Origin: Candidatus Woesebacteria bacterium GW2011_GWB1_33_38
GTDB taxonomy: Bacteria > Patescibacteriota > Microgenomatia > UBA8517
Assembly: GCA_000990005.1 (NCBI GenBank)
Contig: LBPF01000004.1
Coordinates: 1 to 59,299, forward strand
DNA: 59,299 bases
Direction: 5' to 3'
The notes below the pieces were generated by a model, which was given only the letters and a program-made list of their open reading frames with translations, had not been told where the DNA came from and did not search any database. Shown here one piece after another: positions 25,176 to 33,646 of this stretch; position 1 is the first letter of the stretch; each line of letters starts with the position of its first letter. The position numbers were made by a program, and so were the translations under genes.

Positions 25176-25838
25176 ATGATATTTTTGAATTTTAAAACTT
25201 ACAAAAGTGGGACAGGGGAGTCAGCTCTTGATATGGCAAAAATTGTTGATGAGGTGTCCCACACCTCTGGGGTAAAAATTGTTTCTGTTGTTCAAGCACT
25301 TGATATAAGGGAAGTTGTTTTGGAAGTTTCCACTGAGGTTTGGTCACAAAAAATTGATCCTGTAGAATTTGGTGCAAGTACAGGAAGTATTCTGCCAGAA
25401 GCAGTCATTGATGATGGTGCAATTGGAACGTTTTTAAATCACTCAGAGAATAGACTTTCTACTTTTGAAGATTTGTCTAAAGCTCATGATAGGGCAAAAG
25501 AAGTGGGTTTAAAAACATTAATCTTTGCAAAGGATGTTAAAGAGTTGGAAAAAATAACTTCACTAAATCCAGATTTTATATCATATGAACCCCCCGAACT
25601 TATCGGAAATAAAGATACATCAGTAGCTACAGCCAAAGCAGATGTTATTGCTCAAGCGGTAGAAATTTCTAAAAAATCAGGAATCCCCCTAATTGTTGGA
25701 GCTGGAGTTCATTCTGCACTAGACGTAAAAAAATGTTTGAGTCTGGGAGCTGTGGGAATTGCAGTAGCGAGTGATGTCATGAATGCGCTTGATCCAAAAA
25801 AAGAATTATTGGACTTAACAGAAGGATTTACCGCGTAA
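25176..25838 (+). CDS. tpiA: triosephosphate isomerase, archaeal-type short form
   Basis: FLNHSENR, SYEPPELIG, IVGAGV. Confidence 0.8.
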   Translation: MIFLNFKTYKSGTGESALDMAKIVDEVSHTSGVKIVSVVQALDIREVVLEVSTEVWSQKIDPVEFGASTGSILPEAVIDDGAIGTFLNHSENRLSTFEDLSKAHDRAKEVGLKTLIFAKDVKELEKITSLNPDFISYEPPELIGNKDTSVATAKADVIAQAVEISKKSGIPLIVGAGVHSALDVKKCLSLGAVGIAVASDVMNALDPKKELLDLTEGFTA

Positions 25839-25850
25839 GCGGGTTATTAA

Positions 25851-26300
25851 ATGAAAATATATATTGGTGCGGATCACAGGGGCTATGCCCTAAAAGAAAA
25901 AATAGCAAAATGGCTATATGAAATGGAGTATGAATTTACTGATCTTGGTGCTGTTAATTTAGATCCTAAAGATGATTATACAAAATATGCAACTGAGGTT
26001 GCATCTTTAGTTTCAAAAGATTCTGAATCACTTGGAGTTTTAATCTGTGGTAGTGGTGTGGGAGTTGAGGTCATAGCCAATAAATTTGATGGTATTAGAG
26101 CGTTTATAGGAAAAGATGTAAGACAGGTTAAAGCTGGAAGGATAGAGGATGATGCAAATGTTCTAACAATAGCTGCTGATTACACTACTGAAAAAGAAGC
26201 AAAAGCAATGCTTATTTCATTTTTAGAAAGTAGGTTTTCAGCAAAAGAAAGATACAAAAGAAGGTTAAGTGATATTTCAAAAATTGAAGCAAACAATTAA
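25851..26300 (+). CDS. rpiB: ribose-5-phosphate isomerase B
   Basis: IGADHRGYALKE, LICGSGVGVEVIANK. Confidence 0.85.
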   Translation: MKIYIGADHRGYALKEKIAKWLYEMEYEFTDLGAVNLDPKDDYTKYATEVASLVSKDSESLGVLICGSGVGVEVIANKFDGIRAFIGKDVRQVKAGRIEDDANVLTIAADYTTEKEAKAMLISFLESRFSAKERYKRRLSDISKIEANN

Positions 26301-26333
26301 TCTTTTCCATCTATTTTATCACTCATGAGCGGT

Positions 26334-26352
26334 ATTTTACTGTGTGTGTCAA
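26334..26352 (-). promoter_or_regulatory. decayed (CA)n promoter copy with a 9-codon ORF remnant
   Basis: Minus strand reads TTGACAcacacagTAAAATaccgctcATG AGT GAT AAA ATA GAT GGA AAA GAT TAA. The spacer is only 7 nt. Confidence 0.5.
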
Positions 26353-26426
26353 TAGAGGCACGTGTTAAGATCCAACCTTTTTAAGTATCCGCTTGACAAA
26401 GTATGAATTTAATTCATAATTAGAGT

Positions 26427-26660
26427 ATGAGTTACAAAAGAATAACGGTTAGCTTACCAGATTATCTATATGAAGATATGCTTGCCCTTACACCTACACG
26501 AGGAGTGAGTGGTTATGTAGCCGAGGCTGTACAAAAAAGAGTTTTGCAACAGAAGGTAAAACCTGAGGATGCTGTAACTAATTTTTTAGCTTTACGCGCA
26601 GAGTCTCCTAAAAAAAATATAAAACAAATATTAAATGCTATACATAAAGGTAGAACATGA
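26427..26660 (+). CDS. ribbon-helix-helix (CopG-like) antitoxin
   Basis: KRITVSLPDYLYEDM. 4-nt overlap with the downstream PIN gene. Confidence 0.6.
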   Translation: MSYKRITVSLPDYLYEDMLALTPTRGVSGYVAEAVQKRVLQQKVKPEDAVTNFLALRAESPKKNIKQILNAIHKGRT

Positions 26661-27070
26661 ATAAATGTGTATTGGATGCCTCAATAATTTTAACATCCTT
26701 ACTTGAAAGCAAAAAAAGTGTTTTAGATAAAATAAATACCTATCTTTTTGATATTCAAAAAGGAAGCTTAAAATCATTTTCTGTGAATTTTTTGAAAACT
26801 GAGGTTGCAAACGGTTTAAGATTTGGTTTATCTGATCCCGAGAAAGCAACTAAATTTTTCAACAGTTTTCTCTCTTTACCCATAAAATATGAAAAATTAG
26901 ACACACCACTGTACGAAGAAGCAATTTATTTAGCATTTAAATACAAGACAACTGTGTACGATACTCTCTATCATGTTTTAGCCAAAGCTCAGAATGCTAT
27001 GTTTTTAACTTGTGATGAAGATTACTACAAAAAGGCAAAAAGTTTAGGAGATATTGAATTAATAAAATAG
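26657..27070 (+). CDS. vapC: PIN-domain toxin (VapC-like)
   Basis: N-terminal LDASIIL and C-terminal FLTCDEDYY acidic residues. Confidence 0.6.
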   Translation: MNKCVLDASIILTSLLESKKSVLDKINTYLFDIQKGSLKSFSVNFLKTEVANGLRFGLSDPEKATKFFNSFLSLPIKYEKLDTPLYEEAIYLAFKYKTTVYDTLYHVLAKAQNAMFLTCDEDYYKKAKSLGDIELIK

Positions 27071-27089
27071 AAAAACTGGAAGCGAATAA

Positions 27090-27329
27090 TTAACTTTTTT
27101 TACTAGATCCAACAGTTTCATTAAAAACTTGTCTTAAACTGCCATCAGCTGTTACTAAATCCTTGGCAATTTCTGCATTTTCCTGGTTAATTAAGTTTCC
27201 ATGTCCGTCATAAAGTTGTTCATATTCCTCCATAGCTCCATTTGCTAAACTGCCAGCCACATGCGGATCAACCTCAATGATATGATTACCACGTTCAGTA
27301 CTTATTGTGATTCTAATTTTAGGTATCAT
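27090..27329 (-). CDS. small protein, (CA)n-promoter family member P3 (79 aa)
   Basis: ATG 27327-27329 lies 7 nt downstream of TAGAAT. The longer track ORF (27090..27458) would read through the promoter. Confidence 0.5.
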   Translation of the reverse strand: MIPKIRITISTERGNHIIEVDPHVAGSLANGAMEEYEQLYDGHGNLINQENAEIAKDLVTADGSLRQVFNETVGSSKKS

Positions 27330-27336
27330 GAGTGGT

Positions 27337-27365
27337 ATTCTAGTCTGTGTGTGTGTGAATGTCAA
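27337..27365 (-). promoter_or_regulatory. TTGACA-N17[(CA)7]-TAGAAT promoter
   Basis: Minus strand reads TTGACAttcacacacacacagacTAGAATaccactcATG. Confidence 0.6.
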
Positions 27366-27428
27366 TACAAAGCTGATATCTAAAATAATGTAACTTGACA
27401 AAGTAATGAGGTATATTATAATAATGTA

Positions 27429-27680
27429 ATGCAACAAATAGTTTCTATCACCAGCCAAGGACAGTTATCAATTCCCAGATTAATGCTTTTAGATTTAGGT
27501 ATTTACGGTGCTACTAAGGCCTTTATTCAAAAAACTGGCAATGTGATAACTGTTGTTCCTAAAAAAGACTTTTGGGCATTAGGAGGGTCATTAAAGTCAG
27601 ATGTACGATTAACAAACAAACAATTAAAAAAGGCTAGAGAAAGTTTTTCAAAAAATTGGGCTCAAATACAATGGAATTAA
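27429..27680 (+). CDS. AbrB/SpoVT-type antitoxin
   Basis: ITSQGQLSIPRLML looped-hinge motif. Promoter TTGACAAAGTA..TATAAT lies 6 nt upstream. Confidence 0.6.
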   Translation: MQQIVSITSQGQLSIPRLMLLDLGIYGATKAFIQKTGNVITVVPKKDFWALGGSLKSDVRLTNKQLKKARESFSKNWAQIQWN

Positions 27681-28057
27681 TAGATACAAATATAATACTT
27701 AGATATTTAGTGAATGACGATGATAATTTTTACAACAAAGCTAAAAACATACTCAAAGAAGCAGAGATAGGTAAAAGAAAAATTCAAGTGAAAGTTGTGG
27801 TGATTGCAGAGTGTTGCTATGTACTTGAGTCTTTTTATAAAAAATCTAAAGAAGAAATTGCTTCAGCAATGGAAGTATTTTTGTCACAAAGATGGCTTAA
27901 AGTTGAAGATAGATCAGCGCTTTTATCAATGTGGAATAATTTCAGGCAAAATTTACATTTTGTCGATTGTTATTTACTGGCACTAGCGGGCACAAATAAA
28001 TACAAAATAATTACTTTTGATAAAGAATTAAATAAAAAATCTGAAGCTAATAATTGA
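27671..28057 (+). CDS. vapC: PIN-domain toxin (VapC-like)
   Basis: MELIDTNIILRYL...FVDCYLLA..IITFD. Confidence 0.65.
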   Translation: MELIDTNIILRYLVNDDDNFYNKAKNILKEAEIGKRKIQVKVVVIAECCYVLESFYKKSKEEIASAMEVFLSQRWLKVEDRSALLSMWNNFRQNLHFVDCYLLALAGTNKYKIITFDKELNKKSEANN

Positions 28058-28168
28058 AATTCTTTAATCTGCCCAACGTGGCGAAGTGTCCTCTTTTATT
28101 TCTGCCTTCTCTTTCGTATACTTTACCTCGATCTTGTTCTTCCATATCGTCTGATGATAATATAAATT

Positions 28169-29122
28169 ATGATCAATTTAGTAAAAATTTCAGATTTAGA
28201 TGTTAATAACAAAAGAGTTTTGGTTAGGCTTGATTTAGATATTAAGGAATTTAATGAAAATGACTTACGTCTTACAGCTGCAACTAAAACATTAGATTAT
28301 TTAAAAGGTAAAGCCTCAGAGATTACTATAATTGCTCATAGAGGTCGACCTGATGGTAAAGTTGTTCCTGAGTTGAGCTTAAAAGTATTTCAATCTTATT
28401 TTGACAAGTGGGGAGCAAGAGTTGAGGAAAACTTGAGATTTGATAAAGGTGAGGAGGAAAATAATCCTGACTTTATAAAAAAACTTGCAACACTTGGCGA
28501 CGTTTTTATAAATGATGCATTTGCAAACTCCCATAGAAATCATGCTTCAATTGTAGGCCTACCCAAATTGATGCCTTCTGTTTTTGGTTTTCATTTTTTA
28601 GAAGAAATTGAAAATTTAAGTAGGGATTTTAGTAAACCTGTGGTTGTTGTTATAAGTGGCATTAAGGAAGACAAGGTTGAAATGGCTAAAAAACTAAGTG
28701 ATATTTATGACAAAGTTTTAGTTGGAGGAAGACTGCCTGAATATTTTGGTGATGAGGGACTTGAGTCAGTTAGAAATCAAGATGAAAAGTTAGTTATAGG
28801 CAACTTAACACAAGACAGGGAAGACATAACTTTAAATACTATAGAAAAGTTCAAGAGTGAACTAAGTTATGCTGAGACTGTGATTTTGGCAGGAGTCTTA
28901 GGTAAATATGAAGATGAAGGACACATGCAAGGAACAAAAGAAATCTTTGAATATATTTCAAAACTCTCTGCTTTCAAGATCGCTGGGGGTGGAGACACAG
29001 AAACCGCGATAACGACCCTGAATTTGTCTGATAAGTTTGACTGGATATCAGTTGGTGGGGGTGCAATGCTTGAATTTTTAAGTCACAAAACCCTTCCCGC
29101 TATTGAAGCAATAATCAAATAG
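28169..29122 (+). CDS. pgk: phosphoglycerate kinase (unusually short, 317 aa)
   Basis: KRVLVRLDLDI, AHRGRPDG, NDAFANSHRNHAS, AGGGDT. Confidence 0.8.
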   Translation: MINLVKISDLDVNNKRVLVRLDLDIKEFNENDLRLTAATKTLDYLKGKASEITIIAHRGRPDGKVVPELSLKVFQSYFDKWGARVEENLRFDKGEEENNPDFIKKLATLGDVFINDAFANSHRNHASIVGLPKLMPSVFGFHFLEEIENLSRDFSKPVVVVISGIKEDKVEMAKKLSDIYDKVLVGGRLPEYFGDEGLESVRNQDEKLVIGNLTQDREDITLNTIEKFKSELSYAETVILAGVLGKYEDEGHMQGTKEIFEYISKLSAFKIAGGGDTETAITTLNLSDKFDWISVGGGAMLEFLSHKTLPAIEAIIK

Positions 29123-29480
29123 TTGAAACAATTTTAGTTTTTCCAAAGAATTTCATCTTTAACAATTTTTTGTCATTAGTCAAAAAAATATCTGCCTCTG
29201 TTTTGGCTGCAGAATGGAGTTGAATGTTATCTTCAAGATCTTCTGTTGGTCCATCAAGAGAAAGCATAAAAAGATTTTTATTAAAAGGTACTAATAATAT
29301 CTTTTTAAGATATTCTTTCAATTTTTCATTTGGAACTTTATATTTATATGCGTAGGCTAAGATTTGTACAGATAAAACACTAACATACAATTTGTTACCG
29401 ATAAGTTTTTCTTTCAGATCTAATTTTTGTCTTTCGGTAAAATCTATAAAATAGTTTGCATCAAGAAATAAATTAGCCAT
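29115..29480 (-). CDS. vapC: PIN-domain toxin
   Basis: FLDANYFIDF...FLTNDKKL. Confidence 0.6.
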   Translation of the reverse strand: MANLFLDANYFIDFTERQKLDLKEKLIGNKLYVSVLSVQILAYAYKYKVPNEKLKEYLKKILLVPFNKNLFMLSLDGPTEDLEDNIQLHSAAKTEADIFLTNDKKLLKMKFFGKTKIVSTI

Positions 29481-29739
29481 ACTTTTGTATTATGTGCCTT
29501 AGGTAAGTTTGTTTTCTTTGGAATCTGGTTGTTTTGGGTAAATTTAAAATGGATATTGCGCTATAAAGTTTTTCAACATCTTCTCTTGTCAATATTTTTT
29601 CATCTTTTTCTTTTGGTTCAATTATTCCAATAATTTTAGATCTGTGAATTAAATTTACCTGTTCTCCAGCCATAAGCATATCAACCAAACTTGTTGACAT
29701 TGTTCTCAATTGTGTTGTGGTTATATAATTCATATACAT
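29473..29739 (-). CDS. Phd/YefM-like antitoxin
   Basis: ITTTQLRTMSTSLVDML..VNLIHRSKIIGII. Overlaps the PIN gene. Confidence 0.5.
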   Translation of the reverse strand: MYMNYITTTQLRTMSTSLVDMLMAGEQVNLIHRSKIIGIIEPKEKDEKILTREDVEKLYSAISILNLPKTTRFQRKQTYLRHIIQKYG

Positions 29740-29800
29740 TTAAATATACACTTGAATGTGCATATTGTCAAGACCCTTTGTTTATAGTAAGTTATAATAT

Positions 29801-30865
29801 ATGGTAACTGTAGGAATTAACGGATTCGGTCGTATAGGCCGTTTAGCTTTTAGGATTGGTGTATCAAAACATTTAGATGAGATTAAATTTGGAGCCATAA
29901 ACACTTCAGGTTCAATGCCTGCTTCTGGTTGGGCACACCTTGTAAATTACGACACAATGTACAGAAAATATGAGTATGAAGTAATTGGCAAAGAGGACTC
30001 AATCCAAGTTCCCGAAAGAAATGTGAACGTTTCGCTTCTAGCTCAGAAAGATCCAGCCTTAATTCCTTGGGGGAAATATGGTGTCGATGTCGTCATAGAA
30101 GCAACTGGAAAGTTTACCTCGGAAGAGGATGCTAAAAAACATGCATTAGGTGGAGCTAAAAGAGTAATTATCTCAGCCCCAAGTAAGGGGGGAAATGTGG
30201 GAACGTATGTTATTGGAGTTAATGAAGTTAAAAAAGATGCAGTAGTTTTTTCAAATGCCAGTTGTACAACAAATTGTGTTGCACCAGTTGCTGCAGTCAT
30301 GCATGCTAACTTTGGAATTGAAAAAGCAATGATGACTACAGTTCATAGTTATACTGATGACCAAAACTTACAAGATGGATCTCATAAAGATCTACGAAGA
30401 GCCAGAGCCGCTGCAGTTAATATAGTTCCTACAACAACAGGTGCTGCAATTGCTGTCACTGAAACTATCCCAGACTTGAAAGGACTCTTTGATGGCATGA
30501 GTTTAAGGGTCCCTGTTGCAACAGGTTCTATAACTGACTTTACTTTTCTTTTAAAGAAAAATGTATCAGTAGAAGAGATAAATAACGCATTTAAAGAAGC
30601 TGTGGAAAATCCCATGTATAAGGGAATACTAGCCATTTCCGAGGGATTTTTGGTTTCAAGTGATATTGTTGGAAGATCGGAATCTGCCATTGTTGACTTG
30701 CCATTAACGCAGGTTGTTGCGGGAAATATGGTTAAAGTTTTTGCATGGTACGACAATGAATGGGGTTATGCCAACCGCTTGGTTGAACAAGTTATAAGAG
30801 TTGGCAGAAGTTTAGACTCAAACAAAGTACCAACTGATTTAATTACTTTAACTCACAATGGATGA
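29801..30865 (+). CDS. gap: glyceraldehyde-3-phosphate dehydrogenase
   Basis: INGFGRIGR, SNASCTTNC, WYDNEWGY. Confidence 0.92.
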   Translation: MVTVGINGFGRIGRLAFRIGVSKHLDEIKFGAINTSGSMPASGWAHLVNYDTMYRKYEYEVIGKEDSIQVPERNVNVSLLAQKDPALIPWGKYGVDVVIEATGKFTSEEDAKKHALGGAKRVIISAPSKGGNVGTYVIGVNEVKKDAVVFSNASCTTNCVAPVAAVMHANFGIEKAMMTTVHSYTDDQNLQDGSHKDLRRARAAAVNIVPTTTGAAIAVTETIPDLKGLFDGMSLRVPVATGSITDFTFLLKKNVSVEEINNAFKEAVENPMYKGILAISEGFLVSSDIVGRSESAIVDLPLTQVVAGNMVKVFAWYDNEWGYANRLVEQVIRVGRSLDSNKVPTDLITLTHNG

Positions 30866-31472
30866 TTCAAAAAAATATTCTAAAACATATGGATTCATAA
30901 AAAACATCGCCTTCTTTGGCGATGCTGATATAACAGAAACAAATGAAACCTATACTGACGCTTTTAAACTTGCAGAAACATTAGCCAAAGAAGGGTATGT
31001 AATTGTTGATGGTGGTGGTCCTGGTGTTATGGAAGCAGCTACCAATGGAGCTAAGAAGGGTGGGGGAAAAACAATTACTGTTACTTTTGATCCGACTAAC
31101 GCACCCGGGTTTGAGGGAAAATATGTTGGAAATGTTCCAGATCAAGAAATTGTAACCACCAACTACATTGAAAGAATGTTTAAGTTGATGGAGATGGGAG
31201 ATATTTTCATCATGTTTAAAGGAGGAACCGGGACGATCTCTGAATTTGGAACAGCTTGGGTCTTGGCTAAACTTTACTTTGGTTGCCACAAACCATTTAT
31301 ATTGTTTGGTGATTTCTGGATTGAGGTTATTGATGTTATGAAGAAAAACTTAAACATTGATTCAAAAGAAATGTCTGTTTTTGAAATCGCAAGAAAAATT
31401 GAAGACGTGCCCGCAATAATTACTAAGTTTGAAAAAAGCATTTCAAAGCGCCCTTACTGTTCTATAGATTAA
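30858..31472 (+). CDS. LOG-family (TIGR00730) nucleotide phosphoribohydrolase-like protein
   Basis: DGGGPGVMEAATNGA and GGTGTISEF motifs. Confidence 0.7.
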   Translation: MDDSKKYSKTYGFIKNIAFFGDADITETNETYTDAFKLAETLAKEGYVIVDGGGPGVMEAATNGAKKGGGKTITVTFDPTNAPGFEGKYVGNVPDQEIVTTNYIERMFKLMEMGDIFIMFKGGTGTISEFGTAWVLAKLYFGCHKPFILFGDFWIEVIDVMKKNLNIDSKEMSVFEIARKIEDVPAIITKFEKSISKRPYCSID

Positions 31473-31474
31473 AA

Positions 31475-32320
31475 ATGAAAACACACACGATTGATGAGCT
31501 TCAAGAAGTTGCAAAAGAAGTTAGACGAGATGTCGTAAAGATGATCTTGAAAGCTGGAGCAGGGCATCCTGCTGGATCTTTAGGTATGGTTGATGTTTTT
31601 GTGGCGCTTTATTATGCGATACTTCGTAATGATCCAAAAAATCCTGAATGGGAAGATCGAGACAGATTGATTCTCTCAAATGGCCATATTTGTCCCGCAA
31701 GATATGCAGTTATGAGCCATGTGGGTTATTTTGAACATAAAAACTTACTAAAATTGGGTAGTTTTAAAAGCATTCTCCAAGGGCACCCTGACAAAAGGTT
31801 TTTATCAAGCTTAGAGACAACATCTGGGCCCCTTGGGTCAGGTTTGGCACAAGCAGCAGGAATTGCCTATGCTGCCCGTATGGATCAAAAAAGATTTAGA
31901 ACATTTGTTATAACTTCAGATGGTGAACATGATGAAGGTAATCATTGGGAAGCTGTAGCCTTTGTTGGAAAAAATAATCTTTCAAATCTCACAATGATTG
32001 TTGATAGAAACAATATTCAAATAGACGGTTTTACCGAAGAAGTCATGCCGTTAGAACCTTTGATTGATAAATATAAAGCATTTCATTGGGCAATATTAGA
32101 GGTTGATGGACATAACATTAAAGAGATTGTTGAGGCTTGTAATAAAGCTAGAGCTATTTATGAAAACCCTACAGTAATTATTGCAAGGACCATTCCAGGT
32201 AAAGGTGTTCCGTTTATGGAAGGTAATCCTAATTGGCATTCCAAGGCACCAAATAGTGATGAAGTGCGAGAAGCAATTAAAGATATTAGAAATATGAAAG
32301 GAGAAATAGAAGATTACTAA
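31475..32320 (+). CDS. transketolase, N-terminal subunit
   Basis: DRDRLILSNGH, TSDGEHDEGNHWEA. Confidence 0.85.
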   Translation: MKTHTIDELQEVAKEVRRDVVKMILKAGAGHPAGSLGMVDVFVALYYAILRNDPKNPEWEDRDRLILSNGHICPARYAVMSHVGYFEHKNLLKLGSFKSILQGHPDKRFLSSLETTSGPLGSGLAQAAGIAYAARMDQKRFRTFVITSDGEHDEGNHWEAVAFVGKNNLSNLTMIVDRNNIQIDGFTEEVMPLEPLIDKYKAFHWAILEVDGHNIKEIVEACNKARAIYENPTVIIARTIPGKGVPFMEGNPNWHSKAPNSDEVREAIKDIRNMKGEIEDY

Positions 32321-32338
32321 ATCAATTCTAAATTACAA

Positions 32339-33334
32339 ATGCTAAATTCTAAATTATTTTTATCTGACAAAATATTTAAAAAAGATATTGAAGTGAAACT
32401 AATGAGAGATGGATTTGGTTTGGGGCTTCTTGAGGCGGGGGAGAAAGATCCGCGAATTGTTGTTCTCTCGGCAGATCTAAAGGAATCCACAAAAGCTTCA
32501 TATTTTGCTGAAAAATTTCCTGAAAGATTTATTGAAGTAGGGGTAGCTGAACAAGCTTTAGTAACAATTGCCTCAGGCATGGCTAATTATGGGAAAATTC
32601 CATTTTGTACATCCTATGCAATTTTCTCACCAGGAAGAAATTGGGAACAAATAAGAACAACAATTGGGATAGATAGCTATCCAGTAAAAATAATTGGTGC
32701 CCAATCAGGACTTAATATTGGTCATTATGGAGTAACTCATCAGGGATTGGAAGACATAGCTTTAATGACAGTCATTCCAAACATGAACGTTGTTGTGCCA
32801 AGTGATTATTTAGAAGCTAAAAAGGCCATCTTACTAATGGCCGAAGACAATAAGCCATATTACATGCGTTTGCCAAGAATTGAAAGTCCTGTTTACACAA
32901 CAGAGAAAACTCCTTTTAAATTTGGTAAGGCAAACGTATTAACTGAAAGTAAAAATCCAGAGGTAACAATTGTAGCAACAGGGTTAATGGTTTACGAAGC
33001 ATTGCTTGCTTACAAGGAACTTGAAAAAAATGGTATAGAGACAATTGTTGTTAATATGCATACTATTAAACAGATAGACGAAGAAACTATTATTCGTCAA
33101 GCTAAATTAACGGGAGCTGTTGTAACAGTTGAAGAACACCAAGTAATTGGGGGATTGGGATCGATAGTTTCCTCTGTTTTATCTAATAATTTTCCCGTGC
33201 CAATGGAAATATTAGGAGTACAAGACAGATTTGGTCAGTCAGGTAAACCAAAAGAACTTTTTGAAGAATATGGATTAACCAAAGAAGACATAATAAAAGC
33301 TGTCAAAAAAGTCATTGCAAGGAAAAATAGCTAA
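32339..33334 (+). CDS. transketolase, C-terminal subunit
   Basis: FIEVGVAEQALV...EEHQVIGGLGS. Confidence 0.85.
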   Translation: MLNSKLFLSDKIFKKDIEVKLMRDGFGLGLLEAGEKDPRIVVLSADLKESTKASYFAEKFPERFIEVGVAEQALVTIASGMANYGKIPFCTSYAIFSPGRNWEQIRTTIGIDSYPVKIIGAQSGLNIGHYGVTHQGLEDIALMTVIPNMNVVVPSDYLEAKKAILLMAEDNKPYYMRLPRIESPVYTTEKTPFKFGKANVLTESKNPEVTIVATGLMVYEALLAYKELEKNGIETIVVNMHTIKQIDEETIIRQAKLTGAVVTVEEHQVIGGLGSIVSSVLSNNFPVPMEILGVQDRFGQSGKPKELFEEYGLTKEDIIKAVKKVIARKNS

Positions 33335-33553
33335 TTAAAATTGATTTTCAGGTCCTTTAACAAAACTTCTCTCGGTTAATTCTCTAGTAGCTGCTCGAAA
33401 AGTATCTAAAATCTCCTCAATTTTATTTGTATTACCCATTTCTTCTGCGCCTCTAAACATCGAAATACCAACCAAGGCTATGTCTTCTGGTTTTAGGTTG
33501 TTGGCTGTTTCTTTTACAACCTTATTTTCATCATCAAGTATTACAATTTTCAT
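33335..33553 (-). CDS. small protein, (CA)n-promoter family member P2
   Basis: MKIVILDDENKVVKE resembles P1. The promoter lies 6 nt upstream. Confidence 0.5.
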   Translation of the reverse strand: MKIVILDDENKVVKETANNLKPEDIALVGISMFRGAEEMGNTNKIEEILDTFRAATRELTERSFVKGPENQF

Positions 33554-33569
33554 ATCCGTATTATAGTGT

Positions 33570-33601
33570 GTGTGTGTGTGTGTGATGTCAATTAGTAGTT
33601 T
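33570..33601 (-). promoter_or_regulatory. TTGACA-N20[(CA)~9.5]-TATAAT promoter (over-long spacer)
   Basis: Minus strand reads TTGACAt(ca)n cTATAATacggatATG. The spacer, counted at 33576-33595, is 20 nt. Confidence 0.55.
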
Positions 33602-33646
33602 AATTAGTACTGGAGTTTATTCTTAATTTGTTACTATAATGTATCT

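Noticed and set aside
28060-28143. A 32-codon minus-strand ORF (MEEQDRGKVYEREGRNKRGHFATLGRLKNFNY) between the PIN gene and pgk.
   Set aside because: It has no (CA)n promoter, no clear -35/-10 pair and no homolog in the window. It is too short to support.
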